DNA of 64,000 nucleotides from Candidatus Latescibacterota bacterium (GTDB taxonomy: Bacteria > Latescibacterota > UBA2968): contig OZ220741.1 of NCBI GenBank assembly GCA_965116885.1, positions 3,392,001 through 3,456,000 on the forward strand, read 5' to 3'. Of the stretch, positions 48,091-57,030 are shown piece by piece. The position numbers and the translations under genes are program-made. The notes beneath the pieces are model-generated. The model was not told the origin of the DNA. It did no database searches and worked only from the letters and a program-made list of their open reading frames with translations. Each line of letters begins with the position of its first letter. Position 1 is the stretch's first letter.

Positions 48091-50535
48091 TCACTCCGTC
48101 TTTAACGTCTCTACAGGATCGGCCTGTACCGCTTTAAGTGTATGTAAAAAAACAGTAATCAACGCAATCACCAACGCCACAAAACCTGCCAAAGCAAATG
48201 TGCCCACACCCAAATCAACTCGATACGTAAATGAAGCAAGCCACGTTTGCGCCATATAAAAGCCAATAGGCCAGGCCACAAAATTCGCAATCAAAATTAG
48301 AACAATATACTCTTTGGTCAAAAGCGTCAAAAGGTGGTATGAACTTGCGCCCAAGACCTTCCGAATACCAATTTCTTTCGTGCGACGCGCAACCGAAAAA
48401 GATACCAACCCCAGCAAACCAAATGAGGCGATGAGTACTGCAAGCATCGAAAAAACAACCACCAATTTCTGCTGCCTCACTTCGCCTTGATACCAGAGGG
48501 CTATTTCCTCATCTACAAAGGTATATTGAAACGGATGATCAGGCAAAAATGTTGCCCACGCCTCTTCGAGAAAAGCAATGGTCTCAGGCAAGTTTTCCAG
48601 GTTAACACGCACATAAAGATGCTTGAGATTCCACAGTTCGGGCACAAATATAATAGGCTCAGTTTGATCGTGTAACGAACCAAAGTGGATGTCATCAACA
48701 ACACCCACAATAGGTCCTCTTTTATTGTAAAAAGGCCATTCTACTATTTTTCCAATAGGTTCTTTCCAGTTCATTTTTTTCACAAGAGATTTGGAAACGA
48801 TAAACTCCATTTCTTTATTTTCATCCCACTGGTCAATAAACGTAGGCGGGAACGTTCGGCCTTCAAGTATCGGAATATCCAATAACCTCAAAAACCGATC
48901 GTCAATGCCCATAAACCGAAGTTGCTGATCAGGTAGCGTGGTTTCAGGAAAACGAAAAGCCTGTCGGTTGCGGGCAGCAATAGTAAACCGGGACACACTT
49001 GCATCTAACACATTGGGGTGTTCGAGAAACCGTGTCTTCACCCGATCGTTTTGAAGTTTAAGCTCACCACCAAAATTTCCCCATTGGCTTGATTTATTTG
49101 CAATATTAAAAATCGGCAAACTGATGATTCCTTCACGACGATACCCCAGGTCTTTTTCTGCTATTAATTTCATTTGATCAGCAATGACAAGGGTCAAAGA
49201 AATGAAGACGATAGATACCGTAAATTGAAAAACAACCAATGTCTGACGAAAGAAACCGCTGCTCGCAGATGTCGTTTCACTTTTCAGTACAGAAATGGGC
49301 TTAAATGTTGATAGTACAAAAGCAGGATACAACCCTGAAAGCAACCCGATGAAGACAGCAGCAGAAAAGGATATGGCCAAAAATGCTGTATCAAAAGGAA
49401 TTTCCATTTGTACCTGAAGTAAATTACTGAAAGCGCCAAACAAAAAACGAGAAAAACAAAATGCCAGGAGCAAAGCAATCGTAGAGATCAGAATCGACTC
49501 AGTAAGAAATTGAGCAACAAGATTGTTTGGGTGTGCACCAACAACCTTTCGAACCCCTATTTCTTTTGCCCGAAGTGTCGCCCGCCCTGTCGAGAGATTG
49601 ACAAAATTAAAACAGGCAATGACCAATAAAAAGCTGCTGATCAACCCCGCAAAATACAAACGATTGATGTCTCCATAATCAAAAGTCAATCCACCGCCGG
49701 GGCGACGAATGTTGTACGTTTGGGACGAATAGAGATATATTTGATTAAAAGGCTGAAGATGATATGCGTTTCTCGCAGCAACCTCTTTATCCATATACTG
49801 CGTGAAAATACGCTGAATGTTTTTTTCAAAAGCTGCAATGTCAACACCTTCACGCGCGCGCAAAAATGTTTCTATAAAACAGTACCCTCTGGTACGCCAA
49901 TTTGCCCAATGATGATGAACCCGAGCAGCAGATGACTGCGTGGCCAGGAGATCAAATTGAATCGTGCTGTTGTTGGGTTTAAAAAATACACCACAAATAC
50001 GATAATCAGCACTCAAGCCTGTTTCTTCAATTCTAAGGGTTTGACCAATCGGATCACGATCTTCAAAGAGTTTCTCCGCCAATGTTTGAGAAATCACCAA
50101 AGAACCTGGCGAACGCACCAGGGTTGCTGCATCACTCCTCGCAAAAACATGTGGAAACGTATCCAATACGTTGTCATCAGCCAGACAAAAAATCTGAGAA
50201 AGGACTTTGTCTCCCGAACTCACGAAAACCTCTCGGCGCAACAATCGGGTGACATCCAATACTTCCGGGTATTCATTCCGCAAAACGCCTGCTAATGCAC
50301 CAGAAGTACGGGTCGTGTAAAGCAGTTGATTTTCGTTGCCCACCGTTGAGCGAATTACCCGATATAAATTTTCCGTATTTGGAAATTGTGTATTAAAACT
50401 GAGTTCCCAACGAATGTACATTGCTATGAGAATGACACACGTCATACCAATTGCAAGCCCCAAAACATTAATCGCCGCATGAAATCGCTGACGCAACGAA
50501 CTGCGAATTGCAATCGTCAAATAACTCTTAAACAT
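48091..50535 (-). CDS. ABC transporter permease (MacB-PCD/FtsX duplicated)
   Basis: MFKSYLTIAIR; IACFNFVNL; RAKEIGVRKVVGA; RTKEIGIRKVLGAS; ADPVETLKTE. Confidence 0.93.
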   Translation of the reverse strand: MFKSYLTIAIRSSLRQRFHAAINVLGLAIGMTCVILIAMYIRWELSFNTQFPNTENLYRVIRSTVGNENQLLYTTRTSGALAGVLRNEYPEVLDVTRLLRREVFVSSGDKVLSQIFCLADDNVLDTFPHVFARSDAATLVRSPGSLVISQTLAEKLFEDRDPIGQTLRIEETGLSADYRICGVFFKPNNSTIQFDLLATQSSAARVHHHWANWRTRGYCFIETFLRAREGVDIAAFEKNIQRIFTQYMDKEVAARNAYHLQPFNQIYLYSSQTYNIRRPGGGLTFDYGDINRLYFAGLISSFLLVIACFNFVNLSTGRATLRAKEIGVRKVVGAHPNNLVAQFLTESILISTIALLLAFCFSRFLFGAFSNLLQVQMEIPFDTAFLAISFSAAVFIGLLSGLYPAFVLSTFKPISVLKSETTSASSGFFRQTLVVFQFTVSIVFISLTLVIADQMKLIAEKDLGYRREGIISLPIFNIANKSSQWGNFGGELKLQNDRVKTRFLEHPNVLDASVSRFTIAARNRQAFRFPETTLPDQQLRFMGIDDRFLRLLDIPILEGRTFPPTFIDQWDENKEMEFIVSKSLVKKMNWKEPIGKIVEWPFYNKRGPIVGVVDDIHFGSLHDQTEPIIFVPELWNLKHLYVRVNLENLPETIAFLEEAWATFLPDHPFQYTFVDEEIALWYQGEVRQQKLVVVFSMLAVLIASFGLLGLVSFSVARRTKEIGIRKVLGASSYHLLTLLTKEYIVLILIANFVAWPIGFYMAQTWLASFTYRVDLGVGTFALAGFVALVIALITVFLHTLKAVQADPVETLKTE

Positions 50536-50626
50536 AAGTCTATCCCCAATAATATTAGAAATCGTTCAATGAGCTATATCTATATTTGATCATTCTATAG
50601 AATTTCTTGTTTCATGACATTCCGAG

Positions 50627-51235
50627 TTATTGAAGAAGTCCCAGATGATCCAGCTTTTGCCGAAGGTTGTCGGCTCCAGTATAGGTGTGTCCAGCTATAC
50701 CCAATCTGGTCGCCGATGCCACATGCCCGGCATTGTCGTCTATGAACAGAGTCTGATCTGGAGATGCGTCCACGGTATCTAAGGCTGCGAAGTAGATGTT
50801 GGGATCGGGTTTTGCAAATCCGACCTCTGAGGAGTTGATGATGTAGTCGAAATCCTCGGCGATGCCCAATCGCCGAAGGTCTGAGGGTAATCTCGATGTC
50901 GCATTGCTGATGAGGACTAACTTAGCCTTTTCCCGACAAGCCCGCAAAATCTCCAGGACTTCCGTATCGACTTCCCCTGGCGATGCGGACCAGAGTTCGA
51001 CCGCGCGCTCTGCGTTGGTGTTAGGGAAGTCCTTGCTGAGCAGGTCCGCAATTCTCCGGCGCCACTCACCGTCAGAGATTCGTCCTGTGATTACCAGGGG
51101 GAGCAAGTCATCTGAGAATGCAATCCCGAAGATGGCGCCTTCGGGAAGTCCGGTTGCGCGCTCAGCCTTCCGATGTATTTCAGGGGACCAGATACGAATT
51201 ACCCCATCGAGGTCTGTCAAGATTACGTTCGTCAT
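50627..51235 (-). CDS. HAD-IA family hydrolase
   Basis: DLDG; ISN; KPDPNIY; FIDD. Confidence 0.9.
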   Translation of the reverse strand: MTNVILTDLDGVIRIWSPEIHRKAERATGLPEGAIFGIAFSDDLLPLVITGRISDGEWRRRIADLLSKDFPNTNAERAVELWSASPGEVDTEVLEILRACREKAKLVLISNATSRLPSDLRRLGIAEDFDYIINSSEVGFAKPDPNIYFAALDTVDASPDQTLFIDDNAGHVASATRLGIAGHTYTGADNLRQKLDHLGLLQ

Positions 51236-51236
51236 T

Positions 51237-52298
51237 TCAATCAGGTTTGACCGCATTCTCCAAAATGGTAAATTTGCGCCGATCAGAGTCGATTTCTGCT
51301 TGAATCCCATACGGAAGAACGAACATCGGATCTGTGTGCCCGAAATCCATCTGCGTAATTATGGGGAGCGAAGTCAATCCTTCCTCGTCAGCGACTATCT
51401 GAAGTATGGCGTCGTCATAAGCGTGAAACGAATCAGGCGACAACTCGTGGCCACCTGGTCTTCCAAAGAGAATCCCACTCAAAGATGGAAGAATATCCAT
51501 CGCAGCAAGAGACCGAAAAAATCGGGTTACCGTACTTGGCGGCGGTGTTTCTTCAGACGTTTCGATAAAGAGTATCGCGCCTTCCCACACTTCCTTGTTA
51601 GGCCAAACGTCTGTACTTCTTATCCAGTCGAGAACTTCGAGGCAACCACCTATGAGGTGTCCTTCCGTTTGCCCTTCTCCCTGGAGATACTGCCAACCCG
51701 CAGAGCCTTGAAGGGTCCTCTTTCTTTTTTGATTTGCAGGATTTGCCCACTCAAGACGTTCGACGGTCCAGCCATCTCGATTCTCCGGTATTTCACCAAT
51801 ATTTCCAGAATCAAATAAGGTCCGTCTAACGGAGTTCACCATGTAGGGAAACAACCCACCGTTCTCGGCAAATCCTGCCATAATTGCTGGACCATAAAAG
51901 GAGACAATGCCCGCCTTTAGGCACGCAAAGTGGGAAACGGTCGTATCGGAATATCCCACGAAGGGCTTCGGATTCTTCCCGATAAGATCAAGGTCTAAGT
52001 GACGAAGAATTCTAATCGAGTCATCGCCGCCAATAGTCGATATAATTCCTTTGATTTCTGAGTTTGAAAAGGCTTCCATCAAGTCATCCGCACGCGCTTT
52101 TGGATTCTCAGAGAGCCATTTTGGCTCTTTGAGTGTATGAGGCATCTCAATCACGACCAGGCCAAATGCTTCTTCCAGTTGCTTTTTTCCAGCTTCATAT
52201 CGATGTGGAATTAGCCCCGGTCCACCCCATGACAGAGATACGGTGGCTACCTTATCTCCCTCTTGAAGCTTTGGTGGTTTAGTAAGCGATGGTTTCAT
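51237..52298 (-). CDS. S66 peptidase (LD-carboxypeptidase/MccF-like)
   Basis: KPPKLQEGD; IGGDDS; GYSDTT; GGCL; ETSEE; DFGHTDP. Confidence 0.92.
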   Translation of the reverse strand: MKPSLTKPPKLQEGDKVATVSLSWGGPGLIPHRYEAGKKQLEEAFGLVVIEMPHTLKEPKWLSENPKARADDLMEAFSNSEIKGIISTIGGDDSIRILRHLDLDLIGKNPKPFVGYSDTTVSHFACLKAGIVSFYGPAIMAGFAENGGLFPYMVNSVRRTLFDSGNIGEIPENRDGWTVERLEWANPANQKRKRTLQGSAGWQYLQGEGQTEGHLIGGCLEVLDWIRSTDVWPNKEVWEGAILFIETSEETPPPSTVTRFFRSLAAMDILPSLSGILFGRPGGHELSPDSFHAYDDAILQIVADEEGLTSLPIITQMDFGHTDPMFVLPYGIQAEIDSDRRKFTILENAVKPD

Positions 52299-53032
52299 TT
52301 TAATCTGTCCGGTTTCACCCAGACTGAAACATGGCTGTGACTTACGCCAGTAAATGGCTCTTGATCCCAACCTGCCCAGCGTTCCACTAATGTCATTCCA
52401 GCCAGCTGAGCCATCAAATCGAGCTCCGCTGGCCAGACGTATCTAAATGGTGTAGAAAACAGCTCTATATTGCCATCGACGATTCGGGCGTGATGAGACG
52501 TTAGACCCTGCGAGACAACATCATACTCATCAACACCCCAATGCTTTTCGCTGAGGTCGTAAGCGAGTAACGTCTCACTTTTCGCCAGGCGCTGAAGCTG
52601 AGGAACCATAACTTCGATAACGAAATGGCCTCCAGGCTTGAGATGCGCTGCCGCATTACGAAAGCAAGCTACTTGAGACGTCTGTGTCGTGAGGTTCATG
52701 ATTGTGTTGAACACGAGGTATACCAAAGAGAACGAGCCATCAACAATAGTTGTCGAAAAATCGCCAATCGTTACATCAACTTCTTCGCCATCTTGCTTCA
52801 ACTTGAGCCTCTCGATCATTGCCTTGGACATGTCCACACCATGCACAGGGACTCCTCGCCGGGCAAGTGGCAATGCGATTCGCCCTGTGCCAATGCCGAA
52901 CTCAAGGGCACTTCCATCACCCGAAAGCTTGAAAAGAAAATTGACGACAGGATCAACTACTGCAGGATCGAACATCTCGGCATCATCATCGTACGTCGCC
53001 GCTCTTCGTTCATTAAAGTAGCCGTCATCCAT
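52295..53032 (-). CDS. Class I SAM-dependent methyltransferase
   Basis: ALEFGIGTGRIA; YLVFNTIMNL; WPAELDLMAQLAG. Confidence 0.9.
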   Translation of the reverse strand: MDDGYFNERRAATYDDDAEMFDPAVVDPVVNFLFKLSGDGSALEFGIGTGRIALPLARRGVPVHGVDMSKAMIERLKLKQDGEEVDVTIGDFSTTIVDGSFSLVYLVFNTIMNLTTQTSQVACFRNAAAHLKPGGHFVIEVMVPQLQRLAKSETLLAYDLSEKHWGVDEYDVVSQGLTSHHARIVDGNIELFSTPFRYVWPAELDLMAQLAGMTLVERWAGWDQEPFTGVSHSHVSVWVKPDRLK

Positions 53033-53106
53033 AATCTACCTCTACGAGAATTATCCAAAAAAATATTGCTTGTAGCTCCACCAAAACGGGTCAAGCCCAC
53101 TTGACT

Positions 53107-53142
53107 AAACGAAAACCCCGTGCATGGAAAATACACACGGGG
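53107..53142 (-). terminator. Intrinsic terminator after DUF2188-NDT unit
   Basis: Minus strand CCCCGTGTGT-ATTTTCC-ATGCACGGGG followed by TTTTCGTTT. Confidence 0.75.
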
Positions 53143-53174
53143 CTGAAAACACGAATCCATCCTCAGGCTTCTAT

Positions 53175-53792
53175 TCATCTTACCCACTCCTCAATGAACC
53201 CGACATACTCAGGCACAGGCATCATTTGTAGATCTTTATCCCTAAAGCCCTCGGCCTCTCTCTTTTGATAAAAGTCCGCCATAAATTCGTTGAATTGGTC
53301 CCAAATTACGGTCCCGCTGGGCAGACCTTCAATGCCTACCTCAACAAACCAGTTCCTCACTTGACGGATGACTTCCTCAGGCTCATTCTGGTGGCGCTTA
53401 ATGTCGGAGTTCGACAGATCAGACAATGCCTTTTGGTAATCGTACTGTTCAGTTTCCAGGATCAAACACCGCTTTTGACTCAGTGGGCCGTTAGAGAAGA
53501 CCCTGCAGCCGATGTCGAGACCCAGTTCGAAGGGCATGTTCATCCTGTGAATTTCGCCCTCGAATGACGCTCGCATCCTCGAAAGATCATGCACACTGTA
53601 TTTTGACTCACGTATCAATTCACAGATTCGATTGATCCTCGCAGATCCAGAGTCAAAAGTCTCCGAAGCAATCCTCACCGTCATACCTGCTCGAACAACA
53701 CTGAATAGCAGAGGTCTCAAGAGAGGAATATACTCGTCGTCGAAGGGGCAGTTGATAAAGACGTTGGTATGAAATTCTCCTCCGCTGTTCAC
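53175..53792 (-). CDS. Nucleoside 2-deoxyribosyltransferase/TIR-like Rossmannoid protein
   Basis: VFINCPFD; ICELIRESKYSVHDLS; NMPFELG (putative catalytic Glu); GTGA overlap with upstream gene. Confidence 0.65.
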   Translation of the reverse strand: MNSGGEFHTNVFINCPFDDEYIPLLRPLLFSVVRAGMTVRIASETFDSGSARINRICELIRESKYSVHDLSRMRASFEGEIHRMNMPFELGLDIGCRVFSNGPLSQKRCLILETEQYDYQKALSDLSNSDIKRHQNEPEEVIRQVRNWFVEVGIEGLPSGTVIWDQFNEFMADFYQKREAEGFRDKDLQMMPVPEYVGFIEEWVR

Positions 53793-54004
53793 TTAGCCCG
53801 TTTCCATTTTTGTATGGATCCATCTCGTTCGTGGATGACGACATCCCTACCCTTCGAAATCTTGCTTGCGCTTCTTTCGGCATCGGACTTAGTGCTGTAG
53901 ATTTTTGAAGCTTTGGAATTCCCTTCCTTCTTGACTGCCCAACCATCTTTTCTTGAGATGACATGCACTCTTTCGCCATTGGTTGCTTGTGAATTTCTTG
54001 CCAT
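53789..54004 (-). CDS. DUF2188 domain small protein
   Basis: HVISRKDGWAVKKEGNSKAS...TKSDA...VVIHERDGSIQ; SD AAAGGA. Confidence 0.88.
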   Translation of the reverse strand: MARNSQATNGERVHVISRKDGWAVKKEGNSKASKIYSTKSDAERSASKISKGRDVVIHERDGSIQKWKRAK

Positions 54005-54051
54005 GGCAGGTCCTTTCTCATCTTCGCAGGTGCCTATCTAAGTCTCCTGAC

Positions 54052-54080
54052 AATATATCAAAATGTGTAGATAAACAAAA
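54052..54080 (-). promoter_or_regulatory. Promoter of DUF2188 unit
   Basis: Extended -10 TGaTATATT, weak -35, upstream A-tracts (UP-like). Confidence 0.5.
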
Positions 54081-54125
54081 GCGATTAGCCTCATTTTTTT
54101 ATTTTTTTACACACTATGCTTGCTG

Positions 54126-54270
54126 TCACTTATCCCTATTCTTGGTAGCAACGAAGATCATCTCTTTTTCGTGTTCGGAATTCAGGGTCGCGTCTGTCCA
54201 ATCCCCTTTGACATCGACATCTTGAAAGCCTGCCAATTCCAGCATCCACATCAGTTCATTCGCTCGGAAG
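54126..54270 (-). pseudogene. C-terminal remnant of a methyltransferase paralogous to 56190-56996
   Basis: FRANELMWMLELAGFQDVDVKGDWTDATLNSEHEKEMIFVATK aligns with NEVLWMLQLAGFADVEVKGNFSDEPLNAEHKDMVFIATK. Confidence 0.8.
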
Positions 54271-54272
54271 GC

Positions 54273-55058
54273 TCATTCCGGCTTTCGCGCTGATACGAAA
54301 AAGTCGGATGGTAGTGTTCCCTGTCCGGAGCCACGGACCTCCTCATCCGTCCGCTCCAGCATCCGATCCACGATCAGACCCGAGGCGAAAACCGCGTTCA
54401 AGATGTCCGCCAGGGTGTGCGGAAACTCGACGGCGACCAGGTCTGGGTTTCCATACTGGTAGGGACCGGAACTCTCATTGCATTGAGAATACTCCGGTGT
54501 ACGGTCGCCATACACCCGATTTACCGTCCAGGTCCTACCGTCCTCGCTGTTGAGGGTCCAGGCTGAAATCGGATGCATTTCCCGCAAGACGAGTCGTCCG
54601 CCCGGCCGGAGTACGCGACACCAGTTCCGGCACGCCGTCGGTATGTCTTCATACATCCAGAAGTTGTAGTCCGCATAGACCAGGTCGAATCGATTGTCCT
54701 CGATCTTCGACAAACGTTGGGAGTCATCGACGAAGAAGTTGACATCAAGGTCTACCTTGAGAGCGTTCTCTTTTGCCAACTCAATCGCTGCCGCACTGAA
54801 GTCACATCCCCAAACGTTGGCGCCGAGGATGCTCAGAGAAAAGACCTGACTGGCGTCTCCAGCACAGCTCAACACGAGCACGTCGAGGCCACGCACATCG
54901 CCGAGCATGTCCAGCTCGTCCTGATCGAAGTCGTGCTCGCGGTTTCGGTACTGTGCGTAGTATCGCGGTTTGTTGGTGCTGGCTTCGAACCAGCCCCGAT
55001 GGCACGCTTCCCAGGCGGCGCGGTTCATCTCCAGATGTTCTCGTTTGGATCGCGTCAT
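54273..55058 (-). CDS. Class I SAM-dependent methyltransferase
   Basis: GLDVLVLSCAG; RFDLVY; RVLRPGG; EMHP. Confidence 0.85.
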   Translation of the reverse strand: MTRSKREHLEMNRAAWEACHRGWFEASTNKPRYYAQYRNREHDFDQDELDMLGDVRGLDVLVLSCAGDASQVFSLSILGANVWGCDFSAAAIELAKENALKVDLDVNFFVDDSQRLSKIEDNRFDLVYADYNFWMYEDIPTACRNWCRVLRPGGRLVLREMHPISAWTLNSEDGRTWTVNRVYGDRTPEYSQCNESSGPYQYGNPDLVAVEFPHTLADILNAVFASGLIVDRMLERTDEEVRGSGQGTLPSDFFVSARKPE

Positions 55059-55200
55059 AGATGATGTTCTCCAGCAAACTGGTTTCTAACGATCTACCCA
55101 GTCAAGAATGGCTTGCCTGAGAGGAACAGCGCGAACATCGATTGGTTGTATCTATCGAATCGTTTGAAGCTCAGACTCGGATCGTCTTCCAACTTCGCCC

Positions 55201-55292
55201 AAGCCGGTAAGCGAAATTATTTAGTCACCATCCCATAGCAAAGTATGTTGCAGCCAGGCAATCAAATTTGCCGCAATAATCCATCTTAGAAA
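55201..55292 (-). pseudogene. Degraded fragment of a MacB/FtsX permease C-terminus
   Basis: FLRWIIAANLIAW / frameshift / ATYFAMGW*LNNFAYRL matches FLKWVLLANVIAYP...WLAEFAYRI of the permease ending at 61839. Confidence 0.75.
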
Positions 55293-55332
55293 AGTCATCG
55301 CATGGCTCTCCATTTATGTGTCGTGCGATTCT

Positions 55333-56148
55333 CTATCCGTCGCCGAATGTGCCAATTGCGATTTCGTAATCGTGCCTGTCGGCGAACCCCACCTTTTCTG
55401 CCACCCTGATTGACGGTATGTTGCTTGCCCAACAGTCCCAGTAGGGATTTATTCCAGAAGCGAGGGCGTACCTGACAAACTCTCCAGCCACCGCAGTGGC
55501 AATGCCCCTTCTCTCGTATGCTTCAATCGTCTCGATGCCTATGCCGCACTTGCCTTCGCTCACGTATTCTGCTGTACACCAACAGACAACTGAAGTTCCA
55601 TCGAGCATCGCAAAGCCGAATCCCTGGTCGAGAAATATTTCAAGGGATGGCCAGCCTCCCAGGATCTCATCTTTGACCGAGCCAATGTGTACAAAGTCAC
55701 TTTGGAGCAATTGGGTGTCGATCTGCCTGAGCTTCAGCGGGGGCGATGGGACTTCAATTCTCGATGAGCTGTCCCGAACAGAGCAGTAAATCCGTCTTTC
55801 CACGTTCTTGTGCGAGAGCGGGCCGAAAATCTCCTCCAGCCGGAGGCTCCATGCATCTGGTGAATAGTAGAGCTTGAAGAACCCGAGTTCTCTTGACTGA
55901 CCCTCTGGCTGGATTTCAGTCGAGAAGATCTCTCGCAGCCCATTGTTGGCTTCAACGCCTTCAAAGTCTCCTACGAGGTAGATACACCGGCCTTCCCAGG
56001 CTAATACGGTCCGCGGGGTAGCTGGATCGTCTGCCCAGACTCTGGCAGGGGTTTTGCCATCGATAATGCTATCTACAACGAGGCGGAGGTTGGGCGTATT
56101 AAAATGAGGCGGAATTGACGAGGTCTCTTTACTGTGAAGTAGGTGCAT
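55333..56148 (-). CDS. GNAT N-acetyltransferase
   Basis: GIGIETIEAYERRGIAT; PYWDCWASNIPSIRVAEKVGF. Confidence 0.88.
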   Translation of the reverse strand: MHLLHSKETSSIPPHFNTPNLRLVVDSIIDGKTPARVWADDPATPRTVLAWEGRCIYLVGDFEGVEANNGLREIFSTEIQPEGQSRELGFFKLYYSPDAWSLRLEEIFGPLSHKNVERRIYCSVRDSSSRIEVPSPPLKLRQIDTQLLQSDFVHIGSVKDEILGGWPSLEIFLDQGFGFAMLDGTSVVCWCTAEYVSEGKCGIGIETIEAYERRGIATAVAGEFVRYALASGINPYWDCWASNIPSIRVAEKVGFADRHDYEIAIGTFGDG

Positions 56149-56189
56149 GGTGTCTCACTCTGTCTGCTTTTGTTAGCCGAATGCGGGTT

Positions 56190-56996
56190 CTAATCAGCCG
56201 GTTTCGTGGCTATGAAAACCATGTCCTTATGCTCAGCGTTCAGGGGCTCGTCCGAGAAGTTACCCTTCACCTCCACGTCGGCAAATCCCGCCAACTGTAG
56301 CATCCAGAGTACCTCATTGCGATGATACCAGCGCGTCTGACCCACATGCACCTCTTCCTCGGTAATCTGATTACCGTCATGAATCTCGTATCGGCGTTCC
56401 TGCATCTGGATCTGTTCAACTGGATCCTCTCCCGTGTCTCGTATATATACCAACAATCGTCGGCCATCTGGAAGCACCTTGTTTGATCGCTATGTCCATT
56501 CTCCCGGATAGGTCTTCGCTTCTTCTTTGCTGCCGTAGTAGTTCCGGTTTCCCGGAGAACAGGCGAATACGAGTTGTCCTTTCGGTTTTAGGTGGGTGAA
56601 ACAACGTCGCAATGTCTCCAATGCCTCGGCGCGATCCATGACACACTCGAAGCTCCCGCAGGGGATGTAAATGGTCCTGTACCTATGCGGCACGTCGAAC
56701 GCCTGCATAGATTGCCCATAAAGGACTGGTTTGACTCCGACGCGCTCTGCATCCCGGCGGCACACTGTTAGTTGATCTGCTGATATGTCTATTCCCTCAA
56801 CGTCAAGGCCCTCCTGCAAATAGGCGATCAACAAGCGACCCGCACCACACCCCAATTCGAGTGCTTTGTCCGAATTTTTCACGATTATGGAACGATAAAA
56901 TTCCTGATCTCTACGGGGGTCGGTAACCGATATTGTGGCCCAATGGACGGACGCCAGGCCGGTGTATAGATCGCGTTCGTCGTATCGCTGTTGCAT
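56190..56996 (-). pseudogene. SAM methyltransferase interrupted by a single in-frame TAG (56490-56492)
   Basis: ALELGCGAGR N-half and C-half ORF are in the same frame: GEWT*RSNKVLPDGRR. Confidence 0.8.
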
Positions 56997-57030
56997 TGTG
57001 TTGTCCTCGAGAAAATGGTCAGTCTGGTCC

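Noticed and set aside
53090..53105. GTCAAG-CCCA-CTTGAC palindrome
   Set aside because: No matching -10 element or second copy found; function unsupported
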